DNA of 64,000 bases from Raillietiella orientalis (taxonomy: Eukaryota): NCBI GenBank assembly GCA_036172245.1, contig JAYWIR010000019.1:620001-684000 (forward strand), written 5' to 3'. The notes beneath the pieces are model-generated. The model worked only from the letters and a program-made list of their open reading frames with translations, had not been told where the DNA came from and ran no database searches. Shown piece by piece: positions 12,131-25,500 of this stretch (position 1 is its first letter; every line of letters begins with the position of its first letter). Made by a program: the position numbers and the translations under genes.

Positions 12131-12934
12131 CAACCCCTCTGGACGAGGTCGAAGTTCTTTCCGAGGAACTTCAGGAGTTTTCCCGTTGGGCCCGGAAAGG
12201 GTGTGGCTTCTCTCCCTACCCCGGCCTCCGTCGGGTGGGATCGCCGGAGGTGACGGCGCGGCACGGGACGACAAGGGAAGGTGCCAGTCTGTGGATCCTG
12301 GCATCCTGTACGCGGATGCGCGAGCAGGAAGAAAGGGAATGCCAACACTCCTTCCCTCTCCTTTCTTCCTCCCTCCCCCTCTCTCACATTTTTTTCCCCC
12401 CCGTTCCCGTGGTTACGCCTCACAGACAGCGGCGGCAGCTCCCTGAGAGCGCTTCAAGGTCGCCGCCGATGCAGCGCGCGCGCGCCCCGGAAAGGGGAAG
12501 CAGGGAGCGAGGAAGACGGAGAGAAAGCAAGCAGTTCCTTCGCCGAAATCGTCGCCTGGGAAACCGCGGACCTCATTCCAGAAGCCGCAAATCAGTCGCG
12601 GATGCGTCCGTCTAGCTGCCCTCTATGAGTGTGCGCTGGGCCGCGGCGCTTCTGCCTTGCACGACCCCCGGACCTTCATCCCCCTCCCCCCACACAGAGT
12701 CCTCTTACTTGCTTTTCGTTTCCCCCCCCTTTTTTTCTTTTTTGGAAGGGGCGGTGCTTCTCCTCACCTCACGGCTAGGCGCGCTGCTGCCAACGCCGTT
12801 GCTCTCCTCGCCGAGCACGAAGGCGATGCCGGTCGCCGTGCGCGCCCCGGCGCCAGCAAGGAGACCGCATGAAGGTGGGGTGGCGCTCGTTCGGGCCGCG
12901 ACCATCCCCGCGGGCGAGCCAGCGGAAAAGGGAC

Positions 12935-13228
12935 GCAAAGACTCTCGCGTGGGCGTCCGTGCGGAGTGATGTCACAGAAGGATCTGCGCTGCGATCCCCC
13001 TGAGGAAGGCGAGCGCGCAACCCGGTCCAGCGGATGGGCTGCCCGTGACCTCCTCGGTCGCTGACCCTTCCTCCTCTTCTGCCAATCCCCTCCTGCAGAG
13101 AGTCCCGCTCAGCCAAACTCCCTTGTGGATGGGGGGCAGCTTCCCTCCTTACGTTCCGGCGCGCTCGAACGCACGCACCTGAGCTCTCCTCGCGTTGCCG
13201 GGGAGACGGCGAAGGATCCGCTTGGCGG
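12935..13228 (-). repeat. Right arm of a ~290-bp inverted repeat
   Basis: Reverse complement of 11838-12130. Confidence 0.9.
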
Positions 13229-13689
13229 TGGACGACGGATCGATCGGGCGGGAGGGCGGGCGGCGGCCCGGCGCCGCAACTGTCGTGCGAAGGCCGTCCA
13301 CAGGAGGGCGCCCCTCGGCCGCGCGCACGCGCCCCGCGCACGCGCGAGGCGATGCTCGCCGCCTGTGCAACCGCGGCGCAGATCAATCCGTCCGCGTCCG
13401 TCCGCGCACGCGTTCGTCTCATGCGAACGTTCTGCCGGGCGACTCGCGCGCCGTGTTGCCACCGTCCGTGCCCCTTCCACCCCCGTCCTTCCCTTCACGG
13501 ACCGCGCCCTGCTGCCCCGTGAGTCGCCGCCCCGTGCCGGCCCGGCCCCCGGCCCGAGGAGGGCGCGCAGCAACCCCTTGCCGCCCGCCTCCCACCGGCC
13601 GAGGGCTGCCCGCCGCCAGCGCTCGGAGGAAAAGGCCGCCGCCGCGCTCCCGGCGGTGGCTCGCGAGCGCGCCGTCGCCAAGGTGACGG

Positions 13690-14190
13690 AGTTGGCTCTG
13701 CCGCGCTCCGCCATAGTGGCCCCTGCCCCTCGGAAGGGGGCTAAGTCCCGGGCCTTCCTGGCCTTTCCGGGGGGCGTCGAGGACGCTCCTGCGGCGTCCA
13801 GCCTGCTGCCCGCCGAGCCGGGTTGCTGCGGCCAGCTCGTCTCCCGTTGCCGGGGTGACGGACGCTGCTTCAGCTACAGGGATTGGAGCCTGCGGGTGCG
13901 ACCGGAAACCTTCCGGAAGCTCCCGGACTTCCTGCGGGACGCCGAGGACTACCAGGCGTACGCGGAGACCCTCAAAGGTAGGGCCCGGGTCAGGCACGTA
14001 GGGAGCCGCGAGGGGGGGAGGTACTGGTCGTGTTCCCAACCATCCGCCTTCCGTGGGTTGGAGGATTTTCCTTTCTGGCGGTCCGCGACGAACTCGTTCG
14101 GAAGCGCTCCGGGGGTCAAAGGCCCACCCACTCGTGGGGCCTCGTCCGGAAGTCACTCGCGGCAGGGCACACAGGGGATGTCCTGAGGGG
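13690..14190 (+). mobile_element. Possible decayed L1/Tx1-type ORF1 (gag-like) fragment
   Basis: 'WSLRVRPETFRKLPDFLRDAEDYQAYAETLKGRARVRHVGSREGGRYWSCSQP' resembles the ORF1 segment before a CCHC knuckle, but the knuckle Cys/His residues are mostly substituted. Confidence 0.3.
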
Positions 14191-14544
14191 GTGGGATGGA
14201 AGGCAAGAGGGTGACGCGCGGGAGGTAGGGGGCTGGCGCACCCCGCGGTCGAGTCCTTCCCCTGCAGCAAGCCCGACGGGAAGGCAGGCCAGATGCCTTC
14301 GAAGATGGACCCAGGAACCCTGGGGCTACTCGAGGCCCCTCTGTCCTCATGTTACGGGGGCCCTCCACAGCTTCCCTGGTGCCACGGTCCACCTACCCAG
14401 AAGTCCCCTCGGCATCCCTCGCACGAGCCACCTCTTCTGCGGGCAGACCGAGGGATGCACCCCTGGGAAATTCACCCCGCCTCCACCGCACCCCCGCTCG
14501 TCTTCGAGAAGAGGGATGAACCCTGCCCCTCGAGCGTCGTACGG

Positions 14545-14705
14545 GAGGAAACAAGGAGGGAAAAGGGGGTGGAAGAGGCACGAGAAGGGAGGGAGAGGAG
14601 AAGGAAAGGAGGGGGGAGGAGGAGGGAAAAGGACGAGAGGGGGGGAGGAGGAGGAAAGAGAGGAAGGAAGGAAGAAGGATGAAGGAAGAGGGAGGGAAGA
14701 AAACC
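14545..14705. repeat. Purine-rich (GGA/GAA)n low-complexity tract
   Basis: Almost pure G/A on the + strand. Confidence 0.85.
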
Positions 14706-15564
14706 GGCATGACAACGAGAAATGAACCACACCGTTTCCCTGGAAACGGGGAAGGCAGAGACTCCCTCGCATGTTGCTGCAGGGAACCTCTGAGGTCTTC
14801 CGCGCTGCTCTTTCCCGGGAGGTCGCGGCGCGTGGTGAGGTGTCCTCGGCACCTCCATGGCTCTTCACCCTCCTCGACGCGTCTCCTCAGGGAACAGTGG
14901 TGGGGGTCTTGCGAGAGGCCGCTCGTGAGACTTTGTGGGGGGTCTCCTGCGGGACACGGGGGTGGCGCTCTGTCGATGCCATTGCGGCCAGCCCTCCCTC
15001 TCCTGCTGCTCGCGCCCCCTTCCCAAGTTGCCTAAAAATAGCCGCCAACGCGACGTCCCCCGGCTTGAGACGTCCCCCTCCTCCAGCGAGGAAAGGCGCC
15101 GCCTCCAAGGTCGCGGGCGGCGGTTTCCGGGAGGGCGCCTCGCGGTGCACCCGATCGCACGCGCAGCGGCACTCCTTCTAGGGCTGTCCCTGCCCCTCCC
15201 TCCTTCGAGCAAGTGGGTGGGAAAGGCCTCCGCCTACCGGTGATGGGGGAAGGCGAAGGCGCCCCCCCGCCGGCGGTTCGTCGGACGACGTCCGTTCGGC
15301 ATCGCTGGAGTGGCGGACGGCCCGCCGGCGTGCCCTCCGTGTGCGCCGAAGCGAGGAGGAGGGGGCCGACCGCGCACGCGCACTTCCGGGGGGGGGGGGA
15401 GGGAGGGAGGCAGCGAACGACCTCTGAGGCCGAACATCGCCCGCCACGGGGCGCATCGCCGGACCCCGGCCGCGGTGGCCTGAAGTCCGCAGGGCAAAGG
15501 CGAACGCACCGAGCCATCGAGCGGAAGATAAGCGTGAAGAGCTCCTCCCTGCAGGCTTTCGTCG

Positions 15565-16135
15565 CCCCTCCTTCCCTTTCCTCCCCGCTTCTGTGCATGC
15601 TTTCTTCTTCCTCCTCCTTTTTTCGCTTTTCCTCCCTTTTTCTTCTCTTCCTCTTCCTCTCTTCGTTTTTCCTTCACCTTCCTCCCCCTTCCCTTTTTTT
15701 CCCACCCTTCACCCTCTCTTCCTCTTCCTCCTTTCCTTTTCCTCCCTTTTTCCTCCTACTCCTCTTCCTCTCCTCCTCCTCGTCCTTTTTGCTCCTCTTC
15801 TTCCTCATCCTCCCTTTTTCTTCCTCCCTTTTCTTTTTCCTCCCTTCATCCTGTCTTTCACTTCCTGCTCCTCCTCTTCCTCCTGTTTTTCTTTCTCCTC
15901 CCTTCCTTCTCCCTCTTCAACTTCTATTTTCCCTCCCTTTATCTTCTCTTTCACCTCTTCTTCCTCCTCCTCCCCCTCTTCCCTCCTCCTCTTGCCCCTC
16001 CTCCTATCCCTTTCTTGCTCATCTTGCTTTTCCTCCCGTTCCTCTTCCTCCTCTTCCTTTTTTTCCCCTCTTTGCTCCTTCCTCCTCTTCCTTCCTCCTC
16101 CTCCTCCTTCTTCCTGTGCTTCTTTCGCCCACTCC
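15565..16135. repeat. ~570-bp polypyrimidine (CCT/CTT)n tract
   Basis: Almost pure C/T on the + strand. Confidence 0.9.
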
Positions 16136-16567
16136 CTATCCTCTTCACCCGCACCCCTTTCCTTCGCTCGGCGCGGTGCCTGTTCGCTATCCTGTTGCCA
16201 GTCTCCCCGTACAGCTCCGATTTTCGCCGGAAGGGGGCGGCGCTGCTTCAGGATCGTCAGCGCTCCCCCTCAGAGAGGGCTGTCCCCCGAGGCAACTTAG
16301 GCAGTCTTCCGTCAGGACCTGCCGCGAGCGGGGCATAGCCCCTCCGTCTTCCCCTGCTGTCCCCTCGATTCATCACGAAACTTCCGTGCATGGGCGCGTG
16401 AGGTTCGCTGGTCCTCTTCTCTTCCCGCGGAGATGCAGGGGATGCTGGGCTGGACGTTGCGTGCGGGAAGTCGGGTGGAGGGGTCAGCTTGACTTCGAGG
16501 GTCAGCTCACCTCCCGGAAGATCCATCGCTGTTTGCATGCACCGGGATGTCCCGTAGGTGCCCCACG

Positions 16568-16580
16568 ATGAGTCCTGCAG
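16568..16580 (+). CDS. Candidate first coding exon (MSPA-G)
   Basis: ccACGATG start context. The phase-1 donor (G|GTACTG) matches the phase-1 acceptor at 16828. Too short to prove. Confidence 0.35.
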
Positions 16581-19500
16581 GTACTGTCGACTGTATGCTG
16601 CCTTCTTGTGCCTCTGACAGTGTAAGAAGATCGGGCACCCTAAAAGAAGGTGCCCAGGAAATACGAGGAGGCGTGATTATTGCTTCTTGTGCCTCTTCCT
16701 TGTGGTGTAGGGGTTGCAGTGGGGCGGGGCGGCCTGGAACGGCTCCCTTTCCTCCGCGCTCCGAGGGCGGGAGGGTCGCCCTCTGCTTGTAACGACCCGT
16801 TCATAGCAACCGTCTTCCCGTTCCCAGGCAACCAGGAGGAGATACACAAGGCCATCTACAGGGACTGGCTGAACCAGATCCTGGGTCGGGTGAGTACCTT
16901 CGGACCCTTCTCCTCTTCCCCCTCGTCTGTCCCTTTCCGTTGCCGCGAGCAGCACCACCTCCAGCGGAACTCGCAGGCGCTCCCTTCGGCCCTGCTCCTC
17001 TCGCGGGCGGTTCCATGCCCACGCCTGGGCGCACCGGGGGAGGAGACTCTTCTTGGCTCCGGACATGCGCCCCCTTCCTCCATGTGTTGCCCGCGTGCCC
17101 CTCTGACAGCGGCGCTCGCGAAAACCCCACAAACGCCAGCTCCACAGGTGCGGTTCGCACGCCTCAGAGCAACGACGGCAAGACGGGAAATTGCTCTTCC
17201 GGCTTCCTCTCTGGTCTCCACCTTTCCGGTCGCTCCGCCTCGAGCGACCGCTCGCCGCCGAAGCGGTCGTCGCTGCGCGCGCGCCATCCGGCGGCCATTT
17301 GTCGCGGGCGGCCCGACAACCCTTTCTCGCCTCGCAGAGAGGAAGCTTCTCGTTCTTCTCCGCAGATGGCAGCACGCATCCGTCGCAGGAACCCCGGATG
17401 CCTCCCGCGACCCCCAGTGGGCTAGTGCGGTCGCGCGACGTGCCAGCCCCCACGCACGCTACCGCACTTCAGGCATGGGGGAGGAGTCTATGATACACAG
17501 AAACAGTAATTAAAATAATAGTAATAGAAACCATAATGATCGATCTGCGTAATCCGGTGCGCGACCACTTTAAGGATCGCTCACGCACATTCACGCCATG
17601 TTTTTTTTTCATTTTTTTCCCAAAAAACATGGCGCCGTCTGCCGTCGATATCTCCCGAGGATGAGGGGAGGTTCTTTGCTCCCTGCGTTTCTAGACAGCC
17701 ATGATGGCTCGTAAATGGTAGGTGGAATGCGAGTGAGCCACGGTCTCTGCTGCTGCTGAGCGCAGGGAGGAACCGTCACCGTTCTTGCTCTTCTCTTGTC
17801 TTCCCGATCGATCGGGCACTCGCGTTCGTCCTAGGAAAGGCGAGAGGAGTGGGGGGAGGAGGAAGCGAAACCGGCGGGCCTGTTCGAAGCGAGCGTTTTG
17901 CTCAGGTGCACGCGTCCCTCGTCTGGAGCACCGGCCGGGAGCAGGTGCATGTGCTGTCCAAGTGCATCCGGCCGGCAGGCAGCTCGGGCCGCAAGAGCGA
18001 CGCAGCGACGCTCTTGAAAATTCCCGTCGTTGTTGCGAGCGAGCGAGCGGCAGTACCGCAGGCAGCCCGCCGTCTGCGCTGCTGCCTGTCGGCAGGGGCG
18101 TCGCACGAGCGCCAGTCCGGGAACGTATCCTGGCGAGTCTCGCTGCTTCGCGCTCTCCCGCGCACGGGAGTGGGTCCTCCACTCTCGCTGGGCGACCTTG
18201 ACCCACTGGCACTCCGGACGGAGATGCTGGCGCCTCCTACTCCTGCCGAGAAGGTTCGAGCCGCGCGCTCTCACGCGATCGGCACTGCGTTTCCCTAGCG
18301 CGTGCCTGAGGGGAAGAGCTCGTTTGGAGTGCGCTCAGGGAGCCGTGTGGAGCATATTGCGTGGGAGGAGGAACAGTTGGCACGGACGCCCGAGTCCGCT
18401 GCTCCTCGTGCTATCCCAGGTGAACGAGAACTGCAGCAATGATAGCAAGAACAAAAGCAACAACAATCCAAGAACAACCAGAAGAGCACGAACGGCAGGA
18501 ACGAGAAGAAGAAGAAAAATAGCAAGCATAAACGCTTGATAAGGAGAACAAGAACAGCGACAAGAACAAGGACAAGAGCAGCAACTCAACAATGAGAACA
18601 AGAACAAGAACAAGAACCCGCCAAAAACAACAATAAGAAAAACAGCAACAAGAACAAGAACCCGACAAAAACAACAAGAAAAACAAGAAGAAGAACAATA
18701 ACAACAAGAACAAGAGCAACAACTTACAAGAACAACAGGAACAGCAGCAGCAGCAACAACAACAACAAGGTGAACAAGAACAGGAACTTAACAAGAAAAA
18801 CAAGAAGAAGAAGAAGACAAGAGCGACAAATTAACAAGGAGAACAAGAACAAGAACAACCCCCTGATAAGAACAATAAGGAGGAGAAAAAGAGCAAAAGA
18901 AACAACCCAACAAGAGGAGCCCTACAAAAGGAACAAAGCAACGACAACCCAGCAAGAAGAACTTGAAGAACAACCCAATGACTCGATGGAGAACAAGGAC
19001 ACCGGGAAAAATCAGAACAAGGGGACGAAGAAAAAGGTTCCGCGTCCCCTCAAGAACAGGAACGCGGACGATGGTTCCGAAGTGCGGGAGGAGCCAGGTA
19101 CGTCCGCTGGTTCTCCCGTCCCATGTGCCGCACCTCCTTCGCTCGCCACAAGGAGGGAGGGAGGGGGCGGTGCCCAGGGGCACAGGGAGCTCACAGGAGG
19201 GCGGGACCGGTTTAGCGGCGGACGCGTGCTGTCTGAGCGGACGAAGCTAACGACTTGGGAGCCGCCGTCTCCCGGCGCGGGGAGACGTTGCGCGCGCACG
19301 CGCCCATCCGCGCCTCCTCGTGAGGCAGCTGACCGAGAAACGACGTGACCCGATTCACGCAGTCCGTGGAGTTTCCAAGACTCCCTGAGTGCCTCCTCTC
19401 CCGCGCACGCGCTCAGCTCTCTGCAGGCCACATGTCTGCGGCTGGCCGCGAGAAGGCGTTCGAGCCATTGCCGTCTAAACGCGGGGCTGGTCGTGTGCAA

Positions 19501-22500
19501 GCGCCACCTCCTGGGCTGGAAGGGGGAGGACGATGCAGCGACCCTCTGCGTGCCGATCCTTCAGTTACTGCTCCCCTCCCCCCTGGCGTGGAGCAATCAG
19601 CAAGGGGTCTTGCAGAGGCCCCCTCGTCCGCCTGTCCCCTTGTCTCCACTGAGCCGACTCTGGTCTTGGGGCGCGGAAGAAGCAGGAGGGCCCCAGCCCA
19701 CTTCGGTCTTCTCGAGTCTTCTTCCCGTTCATGGTTTGCTGCTGCTGCTGCATCTCTCTCTCCCTCTCCTCCCTCTGCCGGTCTTCATGTCGCTACCTCC
19801 ATTCCCGTGTTGCCATCTCGGCCATTCTTCTCGTTCTCCTCTGGCTACCCCTCCTCTACTTGTCGTTGTTTTTACTGACGCGCGGACCCTGGAACGACCC
19901 GGCACCTGGAATGCCGATCCTGCTGCAGCGGTTACGTCAGCAGTGACGAGGCGGTGAAGATGAAGCCCTTCCGGTTCTCTTCCTCCTCTCCACCTCCGCG
20001 TACTCGCCTCTCTGCTCTCCCGGCAAGCGCAGCGGCGGCTGCAGCAGCGTCTTTCGGGCAGGGTGAACTCTTTCGTCGCCGCGGGAGGGTTGGCACGAGC
20101 GGAACCGCCGCCGCTGCCGCGGTGTTGACTTTGGCGCCCGCACCCTGCCAAATTCCCCCTTCGCTCCTCTCCGTATAACTCTTTTTTTCTCTCTCTTTCC
20201 CTCTCTCTGCCCGCTCCCCCCTCTTTCCTCCTCCATCCGCTCCCGCCCCTCTCCTCTTTTCTCTCCTCCGGGTGACTGCCGTGCCGCCTCCGTTCTTCCG
20301 GGGGAGGTAGCGCTGGGCGCACGTTCGCCACCGAAATCTCTTGCGCGCGGGTTGATTTTGGCTGCTGCGAACGTTCGTTTTGGGCGAGGGCAGCGGCTTC
20401 TGGGCCATGGAAGCTGCCGCCTCCGCAAGGAGAGACTCAGTGAGCCCCCGCTCAGCGTCGAGTCGCGAGCGAGCAGGCCTGGCCGATTGTTGGGTGGCGG
20501 AAGGGCGCGGGTTCGAATCCCCGGCGGCGGTGCAGCCGCGCACGAGAGACAATGCTCTCTCGCTTCAACGATGCCTTATATGCTCGCATCTCCGAGGTTC
20601 GAGCGGTGGCCCATGCTCAAATCTCGGAGATGGAACTCCCTCCCTTTCCATCTCCCAGTGGCGAGCGTAAAGACTCGGGTTCGGATCCTCCGGCAGTACA
20701 GAGAGAGAATGCGCTCGTCTCAGGAATCCTCGCCTCGAGGCGGGACTCGGCGTCGCTCTGTCATTTTGAGGCGCTCCGACTCATTCCTGGTCTTCGGAGG
20801 CGCTCCTCGACGTCTCCGCAAAGCGCCAATTTGATTCGCCTTCGTTGCGAAGAGCGCTCGATCTAGGGAGAAGGGGAATGGTCAGTTTGTCGCTTAGCTC
20901 TGAAAGGAGGGTGCCCTAAAGAGGTCCTCTCAAGGGAGAAGAAGGGTATCAGTCCACCGACCCCCACCACTTCCTCCCCGTGTACGCACGCATCACCACG
21001 CAGGTGTACTGCCGGTGCATTAGCGCCAACTGCTTGACAAGCGAGCGGAAGCATTTCAGACAGTTATTAGCATGAATAATCATCAGGATCTAGCTGCCGA
21101 ATATCTGTGTTATCACTGGAACGAAAGTTTTCCCTGGAAAGAGATAAGGACGGATAGTTGCTGAGCGACGGAGCAACGAAGCAGCTGCTCCAGGAAAAGG
21201 GCATGGGAACTGCATGAGAGCATGGCTTCCAGAAAGATCGAGGCGAAACCTTCGTTTCCGTCTCCGGAGAAAAGTGGATACGAGGAGGTGTGTGCCTGGA
21301 CTTTGCAGCTCTCGGAGGAGCGGCAGCCACCCTTTCCAATGCGCTCATCCCACTCTCTTCGGCTCTCAGATGCCTACACGCTTCCAGAGTAGTAGCTCCC
21401 GGGAATGAGAAGGTGCGAACGAATGGATACTTCAAGTGCGGTCCTACTTCGGACACCACAGGGCTCCCGGGAATGTTGAGCGACACCGTCATCTTGCAGT
21501 GCTGGCTCCCCGTACTCTCTCCTGAAGTTTGCTTCCGGTTTCTGGAGAACATCGGCGTTTCAGATGGAAATGACCTCCCGCCGAAGACCTGAAGACAGTC
21601 GCGCTCGCGTTCCTGAGAGCGAAAGCGAAGATGCGTGTTTTCCACGATCCGAGGACCTGCCGGTTTCAGTCCACAGACGTTGAAAAACCGGAGAATGCTG
21701 GATGCACCAGGAATGGCACCTACCGCCGCGGCATCCCACTGACGGCGGAACTAAGTCGAAGCAAAACGCGAGGGCACACGAACCCGGAGCACGCGTGCGA
21801 GAAAGTCCTATCGTCCGTCCGTTCCATCTCCATCTCTCGGCCGCCATCATCGTTGGTTGACTCGGAGGACCGCGGCGTTTTGCCGGATTCGAAAAGTGAC
21901 CACAATACTTTCTCGACCAGGGAAGGCGAGCAGGTGGGAACTGCAGTAGGAATGCCCCGGGGATGATCTGAGCTGATCCTCGGGACATTCAGGGATTTGC
22001 TGCCTGGAGTGTTCGGAAGTGCTCCAGACGAAATGTCTGAAGTTTTGGAAACGGTTCGCATCGTCGTTCCAGGGCGCACCCACACAGGTAACGAGAACAA
22101 AAAAGTCCACCCACTCAGACGCGCGCAGGAGTAGCGGTTTTCTCCGGCCTGGAGACGTGCGCTTCCAAAGAGATTTCTCGGAAAAACGAAAAAACACGTT
22201 CATCCGTGAGAACCTTGCGGAGATCTCAGCATTCTAGAGCCTTCTCGGAATCCCCCGCACGTGTGCTTCCCAAATACTCCGTCCATGTGCGTCATGAGGT
22301 CTCGTGCAGAGAACGCCGGCGGATCGATACCGCGGTGCATTCTTCCCTCCCATCAACCCTTCGCTCGAGATGAGGCTCCACAAAGTCTGAACTGTTTCTC
22401 GGGCAGTAGTTCCATCGGTTTCCGGTTCCCGAATCCAAACTGGGAGAGTGGAAACTTTGGGGGGCTCACATTCTTCCGTCGCCTTCCGTCGAGCTGCCCT

Positions 22501-25500
22501 CTCTTTCTTTTGCCCTCTCTTCTCTCCCTCTTCTCTTTCTTTGGGGCATTTCTGATCTGCATACTCGCACTAGGGAAAAAGCAAAGACAACAAGAAAACC
22601 AAAAACCAGTCAGAGCACCGAGTATGCTACGAACTTAGATCGTGCCACTTCGCCCTTGCCAACGTAATGCGGGAAGCTGCGCTCTGAATGGGCTGCTCTG
22701 AGGCTGCTCGAGCGGTGTGCTCTCGTAAAACACTTTTACGAGGATGGCGGCCTGATCATCCCTTTCTTCACCATCAGCACTGCGAGCGTTCTCAGGAGCA
22801 TTCCACTCGGTGTTACAGTCAAAATGCTTTGATCGTCATCTCGCCATCCCTGTTTCCAAGGTTCTGGAGTTCCCTTGTTCTTAACGCACCCACGAGTCTC
22901 TACCCTGCTTTCGCGAAGTATTTTCGAGCTCCCCCTTGTTTAACTAGATGACTGTAGCATACCTCTCTTCCATTTTGAAACCGGCGAGCATTCTCAGCCG
23001 TCTTGCACGAACAAAGCAAAGCATGCGAAGCAGAGAACCAGAGAGGCAAGTAATAATGTTGTTCTATCGCCATGGTTTCTTCAGGAGAGACGAAAAAGCT
23101 TTTTTACAATTTGTTACAAAATGGGACTTGCGTAAAGATTTCTCTTCCGCTTCTATTTACACACTTCACGTTCGGTTTTGCGCAACTTCCGTGACAAGCA
23201 ATCACGAAAACTCTGCCAGGAAGGATAGAACACACGAGTGATTTTATTGTTGCCGTTGTTGACGGTGGTTGCTAAGCGCTCATTATTCGATCCTATTTGC
23301 GCTTAGAACAATGGTTACAGCAAGCTAAAACGCGTGGGTGTTTTATTGTTGCTGTTGACGGTGGTTGCTAAGCGCGCAGCATTCAATCCTTTTCGCGTTC
23401 CGAACAATGGTTACGACAGACTGGCCCGATGCTCTACGAAGAAATTAACGGAGAGAATTTTTGGCCTATTTAATGGCAGCACCGCCGGAATATAAAGAAA
23501 GCGAGGATCTCTTTACCGCAAGCATGCTCTAACTGCTGGTCACGTGATGAACTTTTGCAAGTACACTTTTCGGGCGGATCAGCAGCTGAACCAAAGGGAA
23601 AAATCATAATTACCACGAATAAAAAAAGGGGGGGGGGGGGGGGGGGGGGAGGAATCAACAAAAACCTACACAGTCAGATGTCCAGCTCTGGCTCCGTCCA
23701 CCTCGAAAATGGTTTTGGCGCGCAAGCAGGATTACCAAAGCAGATTTTCACGATTCGCAGGAATGTACGGCGCTTCGGTGTTCCACGGGAATGCGAAGCG
23801 ACTCCATTTGCCCTTGTTCCGAATCACGCGGGAAGACTCCCTTCGCCTGGGTACCTCTTCGTTCCCAGAGATAACCTCCGCTTACACATACGTAAAAGGA
23901 AAAAGGGGAAGGGGCAGGCAAAAAGGAAAAAATAAGAAGTGACCTTTCACAACTCGGAAGATCCCGACCGGTGGGTATGTTGATCCACAAGAGGCGGTTT
24001 CGCCCCAGGTCTTTTTAAGGACAACGAGAAGAGAAAGTTACGGCTCTTCCTCGTTTTTGGTAGGGAACGCATTTTGGTACGCACACGTTTGCGTGAGAAG
24101 GACAGAGTGGGAGGGGATTCTCCTGCCGGAACCACGGGATTATGGACTCACGGAAGCGTGGTTGGTCTCAGGAAGGGAAAATGACTTCCTGCGGGAAAGG
24201 AAAGGGAGCTCCGAACTTACCACGACCTAACACCGGCGATGCCTTCGACTCGGAGGTGCCTGGAGATTTCCGAAACGTTCCCAGGTGGTCGCTGCAATAT
24301 CCTGCGAGAGCGAGCACCCACTCGGACGAGCAGGATATCTGGACAAGCGTCGGTGCGTACATGAGAGCATGCGTGGACAGCACGGTCGTTTCGCTCCCTC
24401 CCCTCCCACCCTGGTCTGTACCGCTTCTCCCCGTCTTCCGGATCCCACGAACTTCTCTCTCTCTTTGTAGTACGGCTCGTCCCTTGTGATCCAAGACCTC
24501 ATCGAGGACCTGTCCGATGGAGACAGGCTGTTGATGGTGCTGCAAGAGCTGACCCAGGAAAGAATAGTAAGCGTTCAGCGCTGCAGCGTTCAGCCATCCC
24601 TCCCCCTTTGCTCCCCTCCCCTCCCTGTCACTCGGCATTACTTCCTGGAGTCCCGCGGCACAGCAGGAAGAAGCCCAGAAAGCAGGACGGGTCGACCCAC
24701 TTGTACCTGCGGCCGTCTGCCTTCCCTGCCCCCTTCTCTTCGTCCAAAGTGCGCGCTCCAGAGGGAGGCAGGGAAGGAAAACGGAGTCCGGCACAGATGG
24801 ACCGGGAAAGAGGATGCGGAGGGAGCGGGTGGGTGACCTCCTTCGACCCTTCCCCTCTTCTGCGCGGGAGCTTCCTCGCCGACCGCGACGTTGACTCGAG
24901 GCTGCCGGTTGATCCCTGTCACCCGGTACTCAGCCTCTCCTTTCAGGCCGGAGACGACTCGAAGCTTCCCGCGACGAAGGTCCGGAAACTGTCCAGGGTC
25001 CACGCCGCTCTGCAGTTCATCAAGGAGCGACAGGTAGGTCCTCGTTGCAAGGTACTCCCAAGGTGGGTGCTCTTGCTCTTCCTCCTCTTTTCCTCTTCCC
25101 CTTTCCTTCCTCCCCTCCTCTTCCCTCTGTTCTTCCCCCTCGCCGCGTTCCTGGCTTCCCACGTGACGACCGTTGCCTTCCAGATTTGCCTGGTCAACAT
25201 CAACCCGTGCGACGTGGTCGGTGGCAACGCCCACGTGATCCTGGGTCTGGTGTGGAAGATCATCCTGCACTTCCAGGTACCTCCGCGGTGGCGCTTTGGT
25301 CGCTTTCCCGCAAGGTCGCAATCGAAGGAGCAGACAAGCCTCCTCAGCCCTGTCTCCCCGAGGGGCTGCTGGGAGGGAAGAGGACTGGTCGCGAGAGCTG
25401 CCCGTCCTGCTTCCTGCCCTGCTCTGCCCAACGCGGCCCACCCGCCCTGCTCCTCCGCCATCGCGCTGCCCCCTCCCCCTTCATCTCAGGCCGGTGTTCC

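Noticed and set aside
15213..16571. 452-aa ORF that looks like a hydrophobic membrane protein
   Set aside because: It is the translation of the CT microsatellite; C/T-only DNA has no stop codons.
18295..18803. Cys/Leu-rich minus-strand ORFs
   Set aside because: Translations of the (AAC/AAG)n microsatellite.
20552..22240. Possible nested gene in the large CH intron (ORFs 21067-21645 and 21720-22100)
   Set aside because: No recognisable domain and no consistent splice chain found. Cannot be excluded without transcripts.
25034..25183. In-frame, stop-free 150-nt intron that would encode a hydrophobic insert in CH1
   Set aside because: CT-rich composition explains the lack of stops. Splice sites are good and retention would break the CH fold.
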